NCBI GenBank assembly: GCA_033762115.1
Contig: JANRLX010000067.1
Span: 1 to 64,000 of the forward strand
From: Verrucomicrobiota bacterium
GTDB lineage: Bacteria > Verrucomicrobiota > Verrucomicrobiia > Limisphaerales > SXQI01
Reading direction: 5' to 3'
DNA: 64,000 nucleotides
Positions 11,801-20,183 of this stretch are shown here, in pieces. Made by a program: the position numbers and the translations under genes. A model generated the notes under the pieces. It was not told where the DNA came from, did not search any database, and saw nothing but the letters and a program-made list of their open reading frames with translations. Each line of letters starts with the position of its first letter. Position 1 is the stretch's first letter.

Positions 11801-11978
11801 TTGAGCTAGAAAGGATCGAAAAAAGGCCGTTGTTGACGAATACTTCCGCATCAACGTTCACATTGGTGGCGGTGCCGTTGTTTACATAAATCGGCGCGGG
11901 TTGAGCCAACAGTGGGAGGGATGCCAAAACCGAGAAAATAACTGTAATGACGCTCTTCATGTTTATCAGGGCCTTCAC
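8883..11978 (-). CDS. Secreted beta-helix-like (adhesin/haemagglutinin-like) protein with a DxDxDG motif and C-terminal ...YYRV domain
   Basis: Signal peptide (SLPLLA-Q); beta-strand 'F.N.G.I' repeats (FVNNG, FTNNG, LENQG, FVNDG, FENRG); DSDQDGIANGLDDFPLD; C-terminal YILQYTDNL...W...GRYYRVKVAP. Confidence 0.75.
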   Translation of the reverse strand: MKALINMKSVITVIFSVLASLPLLAQPAPIYVNNGTATNVNVDAEVFVNNGLFSILSSSTVPFDTQNTRIFTNNGLMQANIGFELDTVDPETGMRTPAQRFINTQIGVLESLDSFGSILRTGGDSGAFLVNTFQSQFSGVRINADTLENQGTIAVGPAGLIRLRGNNVVLRDSKIVVDRVGSARAGTFGGFFFDCDPGLYSFFLSESNFFPETGVYDLFWGMGTETNLVLPFLLQDLSPSVVSPSHPVTNALGGFRQIVQIQNGVGFILTNLVNGTNVIRQAVFVQTSDPRVFPDVRFLPLTFPNGDLPNNNGFLTPVIELAAVLTNAITEEPELNTLYIVDQLAEGTNFNVIPNVLYAGFRPATYVIARSKPCVYDFGFEANALLTPTFFFDPSMSNIVITNASYAAYAAEIDSMAQRVQPVPGLSVTNFPGRVEIVATNLDLTRTRIRGEGLVSINTDNLLGNSNSVIDVENVSFALGSTDNNRPLRVENLTRETVERLNGAIQLWSSAWTNQTGQIVTNVVNGTNTLVTNIINVAYHITLVDAAGLITFKPVVIDRFTARAENIFLRNNMSISNIFELRGENVTIDSDITLSTSAWGRTNVPTLKSLTITEEGFLAIRGLGDFGYQDGIRYTNFVNDGTMTAFSHLINSSYFENRGDIRSGQAETLIFSNRFGFFITNAFIPSIGPIRINAEVGKIEDGIFTTGGDVELAGNVLKFSNHRILAGGAINIDVTGSIQDLELAAPNIWRSSNGFNMTRVAPLGTLLGTRIESAGRKFFTSHHTWAAPDVGPLPGAFRTNTPIGHLILGGEEQARYAFHGAGPNRAIYVDLLQITGWLAQSTNLTGNLRITNIYQGLTLDANIDIYYADLVSTNPGVTAEILNGRQFGNGRLIWVPEAVGPNSSVDVARLDGTSQRLNRSLRESRIIDSDQDGIANGLDDFPLDNQLTELRLLSVAFEETSAGTTALVTFSASPSITYILQYTDNLQLNGGTLWHNVTTYTHSGGQRQAVTLPHSLQSSSSGRYYRVKVAP

Positions 11979-11980
11979 TG

Positions 11981-14506
11981 TTATGGATTCGCCACGGTAT
12001 TTGTGAACACACGATTAGCCAAGTCCTGAAGTGAGAGGTCTTGAGGGTAAACTATAGGCGGTCTTGAACTTCCGTCAAATGACCCCCAGGTGAAAGTTCG
12101 CTGAGCATCTGCTTCAGTGATAAAGCCGGGAAAAATATTGAAATAGCCTGGTCCCACTTTGTTGAAGGTAATCGTGACTTGCGGGGTAATAATACCAGGT
12201 CCGGCCGCCTGTCCCCCTTGGCCTTGCGCGCCATTGTTAATCCACCCTGATGTGTCAGTGCGAGAAATAGAAACAGGCTGCGCGATATCAGTGAAAGTCC
12301 CCAAGTCACGTGCTGAGAATAAAATATCGGGGCCGGTGCTGACTCGCCGGAATCGTTGCGGCACAAAAGTTCCATTCGTCAGAATGGAAACGGTGTAATC
12401 ATTGGTAATGGTGATAAAATTTTCATTCAAAATATCGTTGGTGTTAAACCGACGTAAGCGGATTGAGTCGATACCCGGTCTCAGCGCCAAGAGACTACCT
12501 GCCTGAAAGTTGATTGGAAATGCCTGACAAAACTCACTTTCGAATGGATAGATGATTTCCCGCCTGACGCCCTGCCCTGTAATGACGTTCGTCAGGTCTG
12601 AAATCACGTTCGTCAGGAAAACGATTGTTGAGAAACAATTCGTTGTGACAAACAGGTTGGGATCATTGATTGTAATTGTTCCCAGAGGAAATGGCGATGA
12701 AATGATCTGCGTTGTTACTATGGGAGCCCCAAGCAAACTGAACTCAATGGTCCGCAAAATCACGTCAGGATTTGGGCCTCCTGGCGGGAAATTTGTCGTC
12801 ACATTTCCGAATTGATAACCAAACTGAACGACAAAGTTCGTTGTCAGGTTGGTGACCACAAAACTGGAATTGGCGTTCGCAATTTCAATGGGATAAGCCG
12901 CGTAAACGGTGTTTGTGAAGGTCAAAACCAAATCCTGTCGAACCAGATCACCTGTGATGCTGTTGGTGGTAAAGAAGAGAAAGTTGGTTGTTCGAACCAG
13001 ATTTTGCAGAGTGAGGAGCGGGTTGCCAAACTGATCTGTGAAACTATAACCCACGAGGTTGGGGTTCTGGGTCCGATCAAAGATGTAAAAGCCGCCACTG
13101 GGGAAATTCGTCGGAATAAAAGTGCTGGTAATATTGGTCCTAAAAATCGTGAACGGAGGAGGGGGTCCCCAAGGTTCGGCAATTAAATTGGTGGTTAAAA
13201 TTTCAAGGAAGGTCGTTGGAGAGACATAGTTCGTGACCAGATTTGCGTAAGTATAGGAGTAAAGAGTAATGATGTTGGTGACGTAATTGGTTACAAACCC
13301 GAAATTGGTTTGATTGGGTGGTCCCCAGGGATCAGGAGGGAGATTCGTTAAAACAATGCTGTCAACTGAAACCAATAATCCGGGTCGGGTGTTGGTGCTC
13401 GCAATTAACAGAGTGGGATAAAGAGCGCGCAACTGCGCTGGAGAACTGGTCAGGCTTTGCTGGGAAAAGAGGAAAAGATCAAGATTACTGATGATCTGGA
13501 GATTGGAGAAATTGGTAAATAATTCACCTTGAGCAATGTTCGTCACCACAATATTGGTGCTTACAATATTTGAAATAAATACATTACTGCTGATGATTGT
13601 GAGATTGGAGTAAAGAGCCAGTAATGCAGTGGGAGAACTCGTCAGGGTTTGACTGGAGAACAGGGCCAGATCAATGTTAGTGATGAAAAGAGGGTTCCCA
13701 AAGTTTGTGGAAGCAATTAATGTTCCTGGATAGACATCCTCCCGGTTAATGTTGTTCCGCTGGTAAATATATTTTAAACCTGCGACGTCGTCGCGAGTCA
13801 GCGCACTAAAGAATTCCCCAGTACCTAAATTGGCAGCGAAGAGGCCGTCAACTGTGCTGGAAACGGCAGTGAACGAGATGGCATTTGCATCAACAGGAAA
13901 CTCAATTGCATCTGTAAAATCGGGTGCAGTAAAAAAGAAAAGCCCGTAAGTGTACCTAACATCATTGACATAATTGGTGGGCTCCGGATTGCCGAAAGGA
14001 TCGAAATTCCGCTGAATTACAAAGTAATTAGTGGATGGGGCAGGATCAGTAATTTGATTTCTTAAGGTAAAAACATACCGCTCGGCTGAGGCGAGGCCGA
14101 ACTCTTCCGTCAACGCTCCCATGGCCATTGATTTTAAATCGATCAAACCGAGCGCTTCAGCGGTGAAATTGACCCGCTTGGTACGGACAGGAAAATTACT
14201 GACGTCCAGTGCAGCCAGATTGGTCATTCGATTAAACTGGGCAATTGCCTTTTCAATTTCGGCAACTCCCTGAACACCGAAATAGTCAACGAATGCCTCG
14301 TCAAACCCGTAATAAATGACCGGCAAATTCCAGCGATATTCCTCACCCAGATTTTTGGGGCCACCAATATCTGTGTTATTAGGATTATAACCCAATGCAG
14401 GGGTTTGCCATGCTTCAAATGGTCCAAGCAGCGCGAAGCCATGCGCGGTGAGAGATGCACCGAAGACCAGGAGAGCAGCAACTAAATTTCTGAAACCTTG
14501 AAGCAT
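11981..14506 (-). CDS. Secreted Thr-Asn-rich protein with a degenerate matrixin/metzincin-like N-terminal domain
   Basis: Signal peptide (LTAHG-F). DLKSMAMGALTEEFGL sits where HExxHxxGL is expected, and LTRDDVAGLKYIY matches the terminal matrixin helix. Internal repeats follow. Confidence 0.7.
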   Translation of the reverse strand: MLQGFRNLVAALLVFGASLTAHGFALLGPFEAWQTPALGYNPNNTDIGGPKNLGEEYRWNLPVIYYGFDEAFVDYFGVQGVAEIEKAIAQFNRMTNLAALDVSNFPVRTKRVNFTAEALGLIDLKSMAMGALTEEFGLASAERYVFTLRNQITDPAPSTNYFVIQRNFDPFGNPEPTNYVNDVRYTYGLFFFTAPDFTDAIEFPVDANAISFTAVSSTVDGLFAANLGTGEFFSALTRDDVAGLKYIYQRNNINREDVYPGTLIASTNFGNPLFITNIDLALFSSQTLTSSPTALLALYSNLTIISSNVFISNIVSTNIVVTNIAQGELFTNFSNLQIISNLDLFLFSQQSLTSSPAQLRALYPTLLIASTNTRPGLLVSVDSIVLTNLPPDPWGPPNQTNFGFVTNYVTNIITLYSYTYANLVTNYVSPTTFLEILTTNLIAEPWGPPPPFTIFRTNITSTFIPTNFPSGGFYIFDRTQNPNLVGYSFTDQFGNPLLTLQNLVRTTNFLFFTTNSITGDLVRQDLVLTFTNTVYAAYPIEIANANSSFVVTNLTTNFVVQFGYQFGNVTTNFPPGGPNPDVILRTIEFSLLGAPIVTTQIISSPFPLGTITINDPNLFVTTNCFSTIVFLTNVISDLTNVITGQGVRREIIYPFESEFCQAFPINFQAGSLLALRPGIDSIRLRRFNTNDILNENFITITNDYTVSILTNGTFVPQRFRRVSTGPDILFSARDLGTFTDIAQPVSISRTDTSGWINNGAQGQGGQAAGPGIITPQVTITFNKVGPGYFNIFPGFITEADAQRTFTWGSFDGSSRPPIVYPQDLSLQDLANRVFTNTVANP

Positions 14507-14509
14507 ATA

Positions 14510-16423
14510 TTATCGGATGCGGATCACGCGGTAGTAGCCCAAGCTGGTCACACCAGTGGCAGGGATTGAATCAGTATGGCCAACGGCAAACCGTGGCAGG
14601 CCTACATTTTCCCAAACAGGCGTATTGAGGTTTTGATTGGATTGAACCTGGTAGAGCAATCCAGGCTGGGTGTTCCAAACCAATCGGAAACCTTGCTCAG
14701 TCAGCTGCATCTCCGCAGCAAGCACGCTTGCAGGATCTGTCGGGTTGGTCCCGGCAAGAAATTCCTTGTGGTTGGATGCGCCATCTCCATCAGAATCAGC
14801 AGTTGAAGATGGCCATTTTGCACTTTCCAAACCCCAATAAACCTGCTGCCAATCATCTGGAAGGAAATCATCATTCAAATCCTCACCCCAGGTTTTTCCC
14901 ACGCCAGCGTCTGACATTGGCGAACGACGGCCATCGCTCAGCTGATAGAGCAACCGGAAGGAATGTTCACTGCCAGGAGCAAGGCCGGTGATCGTGCGGG
15001 TTTGGTTGGTCAAAAGAATTGGAGTTGCGCTGCCATCAACAAACAATTCAAAGTGGTCAATTTCCAACCCATCATAGACTGGCCATGTCACGCTGAGACG
15101 GCTCTGACTCAAGGCAGAAACGTACGGTGCCGAAGGGACAAGCAAGGGCACTTGGTCCAGCGTTTGATAGAAACGCTGAGCGGCGATATCAAAACCGGAA
15201 TTCAAGCCACTGAATGTTGTCCACGCCACCACGAAGCGACCTGTTTCATCGCTCCCAACAGTTGGGTGCATTTGTTTGCTGATAACGGTTGTGTTGACGC
15301 GAAACTCGTCTCCGATAGGGTCGGCACTGGAATTCAGAAAACGGCCATAAACACCTTCCTGCGACCCATCCTGTTCAAAGCTCATCCAAGCCAGCAAAAG
15401 GTTTCCACCACTGTTGGCAATGGCGGGACTGATCTGGGCCATTGACCTGGTTTGATTAATCACGCGAGGGGGTGTGATGGCAGTGCCATTCAGGGAAAAA
15501 GAAGCTGCAACAATGTCCCAGGCATTGGCGTCACCACCTTCTTTGATCTCTGTCCAAGCCACCACGAAACGGTTGAGTCCAGTCGGGGCGATTTTTGGAC
15601 TGGAAGCGAGATTATCCGTGCTGTTGAGCCTGAATTCATCGCTCAATGGATTACCGGCCTCATCAAAAAAACGGGCATAAATATCCACACTTTTTCCATG
15701 ACGTTGTCCTTCACTGATCCATGAAACGAGAATGCGGCCATTCGGAAATGCGGCAACAGAGGCGGAACGTTGATTTAATAGGTAATGTTGATTGATGCGG
15801 AACTCGGGGCCGGATTTGATTCCTGTCGAGGAAATCAACTGAGCAAATACGCCGCTCATGCTTCCATCCTGTCCCCGCGCACTCCAAACGACGATTGCAC
15901 CGCCATTGGGGAGACTTGCCAAAGAAGGTTCGATCTGTTCAATGGCAGCATTTCCACTGATCTGAAAATCCTGGGAGGTAAAAATCCCACCTGATCCAAG
16001 AATCCGGCCGAAAATTCGTTGCTGTCCAAATTCTCCACCCTGCCAGACGAAAAGTGTCGATCCATCCAACAATCTGGCTGCCTGTGGATTTTGCTGGTCC
16101 CCTTCTCCGATGCTGTTCACACGGAAAGAGGATTGACCCCCGGCAAAGGTTGGGGTCAAACGTCGAGCGCTGATCCCCATACCATCGCCATCAGCGACAT
16201 TATCCTCGTATACCAGCACACCTCCGGTCACATCAAGGGCGAGCACGGGACGGACCTGATCGCCTTGTGAGGAGTTTCCAATGAAATATTCGGTCCCTTC
16301 CTTTAACAGTCCGGGACTCGCTGAAAACGCCAAAGGGGCGAGAGCGCATGTGATGGTTGCGCTGATAAAACAGCGTCCAATTTTGCGCCACTTATCTTTG
16401 GTCGTTAAGAAAAGGAAACTCAT
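14510..16423 (-). CDS. Secreted protein: propeller-like repeats, FN3-like domain, DxDxDG motifs, C-terminal ...YYRV domain
   Basis: About 7 repeats of 'EF..N......Q..P.VA....G.FVVAW'; FN3-like SQSRLSVTWP...ITGLAPGSEHSFRL; DSDGDGASNHKEFLAGTNPTD; GLLYQVQSNQNL...W...GYYRVIRIR. Confidence 0.8.
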   Translation of the reverse strand: MSFLFLTTKDKWRKIGRCFISATITCALAPLAFSASPGLLKEGTEYFIGNSSQGDQVRPVLALDVTGGVLVYEDNVADGDGMGISARRLTPTFAGGQSSFRVNSIGEGDQQNPQAARLLDGSTLFVWQGGEFGQQRIFGRILGSGGIFTSQDFQISGNAAIEQIEPSLASLPNGGAIVVWSARGQDGSMSGVFAQLISSTGIKSGPEFRINQHYLLNQRSASVAAFPNGRILVSWISEGQRHGKSVDIYARFFDEAGNPLSDEFRLNSTDNLASSPKIAPTGLNRFVVAWTEIKEGGDANAWDIVAASFSLNGTAITPPRVINQTRSMAQISPAIANSGGNLLLAWMSFEQDGSQEGVYGRFLNSSADPIGDEFRVNTTVISKQMHPTVGSDETGRFVVAWTTFSGLNSGFDIAAQRFYQTLDQVPLLVPSAPYVSALSQSRLSVTWPVYDGLEIDHFELFVDGSATPILLTNQTRTITGLAPGSEHSFRLLYQLSDGRRSPMSDAGVGKTWGEDLNDDFLPDDWQQVYWGLESAKWPSSTADSDGDGASNHKEFLAGTNPTDPASVLAAEMQLTEQGFRLVWNTQPGLLYQVQSNQNLNTPVWENVGLPRFAVGHTDSIPATGVTSLGYYRVIRIR

Positions 16424-16464
16424 GTAACCTGTCGTAAATAATTAACGTGCAATGTAAACGCGAC

Positions 16465-17055
16465 TCAGGGCTGACCAGGTTCGATTGGTTTCTGGGTTGG
16501 AACAGTGTTTGGGTCGTAAGGAAGATTATTTTCAGGGTGGACGCGGTTACCAGCTGGATCGATGATTGTTGGAGTGACAAAGACAACCAGGTTTTTCTTG
16601 CTGCTACTGGAGGATTCGCTGCGGAAAAAGCGGCCCAAAAGTGGAATATCTCCCAAAACAGGAACCTTGTCTTTGGTTTTGGTCACGTTTTCAGCAATCA
16701 ATCCGCCCAAATAAATGGTCTGGCCGTCCCAAACGACTGCGGTAGTGGTCACTTGTCGAACACGGAAACGGGGTAACGGAGTTGCCTGAACTGGTTGGTT
16801 TCCGACAACAGTCTGGAATTGCCGAGCGGAGTCGGTGTCATACCCGAGGAATTCCGTCAAAGTCGGCACGATGCTCATCTGGATGGTATAGCCATCAGCA
16901 GAGACGTAGGGAATCACGTCCAGAACCGGACCAAAGGGAATTTGCGCAGGCACCGGAGTCACCGCTGGAATCACCTGGGGTTGTTGCACCACCTGAGCAT
17001 GCAGAACAGTTGTAAGCACTGCTGCAAAGGCCAATTTGAAAATTTGACGCTTCAT
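16465..17055 (-). CDS. Secretin C-terminal half with its own signal peptide
   Basis: MKRQIFKLAFAAVLTTVLHA-Q, then GPVLDVIPYVSADGYTIQM, VWDGQTIYLGGLI, KVPVLGDIPLLGRFFRSE, NLVVFVTPTII: classic C-terminal secretin motifs. Confidence 0.9.
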   Translation of the reverse strand: MKRQIFKLAFAAVLTTVLHAQVVQQPQVIPAVTPVPAQIPFGPVLDVIPYVSADGYTIQMSIVPTLTEFLGYDTDSARQFQTVVGNQPVQATPLPRFRVRQVTTTAVVWDGQTIYLGGLIAENVTKTKDKVPVLGDIPLLGRFFRSESSSSSKKNLVVFVTPTIIDPAGNRVHPENNLPYDPNTVPTQKPIEPGQP

Positions 17056-17067
17056 GGTTTAAATAAA

Positions 17068-19353
17068 TTAGTTGCCTACACCAGTGACACCACCTGCAGC
17101 CACTGCACCACCGCCGCCACCAAGACCCTGAACACTCAAACCAACAATAATGGTCTGGGTGTCTTCAACGGCGATACGGGCTTGCCTCCCACTAACAGTT
17201 GTCACGCGAGGAGCGGAGAGAAGGTCAACCCCACCGCGTTGTTCCAATGCACGGATGACGACGCGAAATTGAGGATCGGTTAAAATGCCAGTGAGTGTTG
17301 CCACTTCAGGCGCGCTTTGCCGCAGGCCGGTGGTTAATAATTGATCTGAGGTTAAGCGGGTTGGCTGGGAAGGAACCCCAAAGGTTCCTGGGAAAACGCC
17401 GGACGGATTGGCAAAGGAGCTACTGTCACGGTATGAAGGAGCAGTGCCACCCTGGACTCCAATATCCCCGTTCCGCATCAATGTATTACCAAGGAACCAA
17501 TCGAATCCGACTGCTTTGCTGTCATTTTGGCCGATTTCAGCAAATTTGGCCTCGATGGTGACCTGAGGAGGGGTAACATTGAGGGCCTGGATGGCTCCCT
17601 CAATAATATCCAGATCACGCAGCGTCGCACGAACGAAAAGCACCCCGGTACGGTCATTAAAAAAGAGGGCTTTTTGTGGTGGCGTAGGTTGACCCGTGAA
17701 TCCAGCGCCTGCTGTGGTTGCGGTATTGTTGGTTGCAAAATCCACACCGGCTGCAATGAAGAAGTTCCTGACTTCATCCTGAATGTTGAACATTAAATTC
17801 GTGATCGTGACAGATGTGATTCCTCCGCCTGTTTGACCTCCGGCCCCTCCAGCACCACCGCCGCCACCCTGTTGGCCGTTAATTCCACCGCCGAAACTGA
17901 AGAGACCTCCGGGCCCTCCGCCTTGTCCATTCTGACCATTTTGCCCGCCACCTCCAACACCCCCGCCGCCGCCACCACCGCCTGCCCCGCCAGCTCCACC
18001 TTGCGCAGTCACAAAGCCCTGGAAAGGGTTAAACGTATAGCTCATACCCTCAAGACCCTGCTTGAATGTATTGGGATCAACCCGGAATGTGCGACTGTAA
18101 AGTTGATCCGGTTCAATCTGCCTTTGGCTGAACACGACTGCATATTCTTCAATGGAATATTTCAGCGCAATGTTCTGATTTTGACCTGAGCCAGGTTTAG
18201 CCACTCTGACTATTGCGTCCAGAACATCAGCCAGCCGGACATTCCGAAGTGGAGGATCCATCTTAACTGTAAAATCCTCAATGACAACAGGTTGATCCGA
18301 CTGCGGCTGCTGTCCAAGCGGCTGCCCGGTGAGTGGATCAACAGCGCCGGGAAAACCGCCGGCCGCAGGGTTAAACAAGGCCGGGCCTGGTTTATCCAAT
18401 TGCGAGCTGATAATAAAATTGATGCCGCGACGGTCTGGATCCCGTTTTCGAGCTTCGGCGCTCAATTCTTTAATGACTTCAATGAGAGGAATGTCTGAAG
18501 GCACCAGCCATTCATCGAGAATGATTCGGTCCAGCTTGGTGCTGATTGCCTGACGTCCCGGACTCGTATAAATGCGATTGGTGCGGGCATACGGATTGGC
18601 TTCAGGTAATAATTCCCGCTGAATGGGATTGTGCCATTTTTGTTCCACTTCGACCAGCATGTCCTTGGCAGCGATTTCCCGTTTACGGGCTTCCTGGGCG
18701 TAACGACGTTCCTTGATGAGATTCAGATAATAGAAGGCTGCACGATGTTCGGGATCCTCCTTGACGGCTTGACGCAGACGTTCTTCGGCTTCGTCCAATT
18801 TGCCAGTTTCCATCAAAAGGCGCGCATCCTGCACAAGGGTCGAAGTTTTCACGCGTTCCGCGCGAATTTCATCAACCCTTGCCAACTGCTCCCTGCTTGG
18901 AACGCGACCGGCTTGCTCGGAGATTTTTTTATCGAGAGCGGTCTTAAATTGTTGTGCTTCCAAATTTCTGGGATCGACCGTGAGAACTCGAGTTACCTGC
19001 TTGTCTGCTTCAGCCAAGTCCCCTCTTCGTTCTGCGCGGCGAGCGAGCTCCATTCGCGCTTCAGTCAATCCGGCCAGTGTTTCGGCACTTTCCTGGTCCA
19101 CTCCCAAACCAATTCGCTGGACGAGAGTGTAGGCATCCTCAAATTGACGGGCTGCCTCAACAAGATCGTTCTTTTGCCGAGCTGCTGCCGCTTCCGCAAG
19201 TGTGCGCCTTAATTGAATTGTATTTGCCTGGCGTTTCGCAGCTTCTTCACTGGCAGCCTGGGAGGCCAACTCGGCCGCGGATTGAGCATTGGCTCGCGGG
19301 GCTGAACCGCAAAGGGCAATGGCAATCAATATGGTAGTAACTACTTTAATCAT
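17068..19353 (-). CDS. Secretin N-terminal part (TPR-like region, N domains, first secretin strands); PilQ/GspD, Amuc_1098-like
   Basis: Signal peptide; TPR-like helices; Gly-rich loop; FNDRTGVLFVRAT (N3); PPQVTIEAKFAEI; ALEQRGGVDLLSAPRVTTVSGRQARI. Stops mid-domain. Confidence 0.88.
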   Translation of the reverse strand: MIKVVTTILIAIALCGSAPRANAQSAAELASQAASEEAAKRQANTIQLRRTLAEAAAARQKNDLVEAARQFEDAYTLVQRIGLGVDQESAETLAGLTEARMELARRAERRGDLAEADKQVTRVLTVDPRNLEAQQFKTALDKKISEQAGRVPSREQLARVDEIRAERVKTSTLVQDARLLMETGKLDEAEERLRQAVKEDPEHRAAFYYLNLIKERRYAQEARKREIAAKDMLVEVEQKWHNPIQRELLPEANPYARTNRIYTSPGRQAISTKLDRIILDEWLVPSDIPLIEVIKELSAEARKRDPDRRGINFIISSQLDKPGPALFNPAAGGFPGAVDPLTGQPLGQQPQSDQPVVIEDFTVKMDPPLRNVRLADVLDAIVRVAKPGSGQNQNIALKYSIEEYAVVFSQRQIEPDQLYSRTFRVDPNTFKQGLEGMSYTFNPFQGFVTAQGGAGGAGGGGGGGGVGGGGQNGQNGQGGGPGGLFSFGGGINGQQGGGGGAGGAGGQTGGGITSVTITNLMFNIQDEVRNFFIAAGVDFATNNTATTAGAGFTGQPTPPQKALFFNDRTGVLFVRATLRDLDIIEGAIQALNVTPPQVTIEAKFAEIGQNDSKAVGFDWFLGNTLMRNGDIGVQGGTAPSYRDSSSFANPSGVFPGTFGVPSQPTRLTSDQLLTTGLRQSAPEVATLTGILTDPQFRVVIRALEQRGGVDLLSAPRVTTVSGRQARIAVEDTQTIIVGLSVQGLGGGGGAVAAGGVTGVGN

Positions 19354-19385
19354 GGGCTTGGTTTTTTCGAAAACGAGGACTGAAA

Positions 19386-20183
19386 TTACTTATTCATCGC
19401 CACATTCGCTTTGATTGTCGTCTGTTTCTGATTGGATTTGGCGGACAATACAACTTCGTTTTGGTTGATTGCAACGATATTGTAGGATTCACCCCCGAAG
19501 ACAATTGCATCTTTGACCCGCATCCCTTTGCGGACGAGATTTTCCGGGTCATATTTGAGATCCGCTGAGTACCCAACAATTCTTCGATAAGGCTTTTCCT
19601 TGTTGATGATGATTGGTTCCACTTCATTGGGAAGCAGGATTACCAGTCCAGTGGGATTTTCGGGAGGCCCTTGAACCTGCTGGAGCGTGAAAATTGAGCT
19701 GTTTGAATTACCCGGTTGAACGAGCCGGGTCTGGGGCGTTGCAGGACGATCTGTTTCTTTCCGCAATGTAATTTTGTAACGGATATTGGCACCAGTGCCG
19801 CTGATTTCATCCAGAGACACAGTCATGTACAAAGGTTCAATGGCGGTGACATCCAGCGCACCGAGACCCACCTCATTTCCGGATGAAATCTTGATCAATC
19901 CTCCGTCGGGCCTTTTTTGCCAACGCACCGGATTAAAAAGATTGTGCGAACCGGCAAGTTCAAATTTAACCGGGCGTTCAGTTTTTTGAAGAACAAGGCG
20001 GTTGGAAGAGAGATCAATCGGTGGGAAAGGTTTCGGCTTTCCACCGATCAATTGATCTTTCCGAGCTTCTTCCTTTTGCCGTTCCTGCGAAACCTTGACG
20101 GGCATCAACGCAGCAGCAGCGGCAAGGCCGAGCAGAACCAGGCTGAGAATGAGCTTCTCGTAATGTTTTTTAAGGAACTGCAT
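19386..20183 (-). CDS. Amuc_1099-like pilus/secretion assembly protein (PilP/GspC position)
   Basis: N-terminal KKHYEKLIL plus a TM anchor, HNLFNP, beta-rich C-terminus; lies directly before the secretin as in the Akkermansia Amuc_1098-1101 cluster. Confidence 0.65.
   Translation of the reverse strand: MQFLKKHYEKLILSLVLLGLAAAAALMPVKVSQERQKEEARKDQLIGGKPKPFPPIDLSSNRLVLQKTERPVKFELAGSHNLFNPVRWQKRPDGGLIKISSGNEVGLGALDVTAIEPLYMTVSLDEISGTGANIRYKITLRKETDRPATPQTRLVQPGNSNSSIFTLQQVQGPPENPTGLVILLPNEVEPIIINKEKPYRRIVGYSADLKYDPENLVRKGMRVKDAIVFGGESYNIVAINQNEVVLSAKSNQKQTTIKANVAMNK

Noticed and set aside
17040..17080. Secretin split as a sequencing error or readthrough site
   Set aside because: Two in-frame TAA codons and a well-formed downstream signal peptide do not fit a single error or readthrough.
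17820..18005. GCC/CCG-rich repeat-like DNA
   Set aside because: Encodes the Gly-rich loop usual in secretin N3 domains; not an independent repeat.
18631..19212. 193-aa plus-strand ORF (likewise 23098-23688, 36798-37415, 46820-47422)
   Set aside because: Antisense shadows of well-supported genes, with no recognisable motifs.
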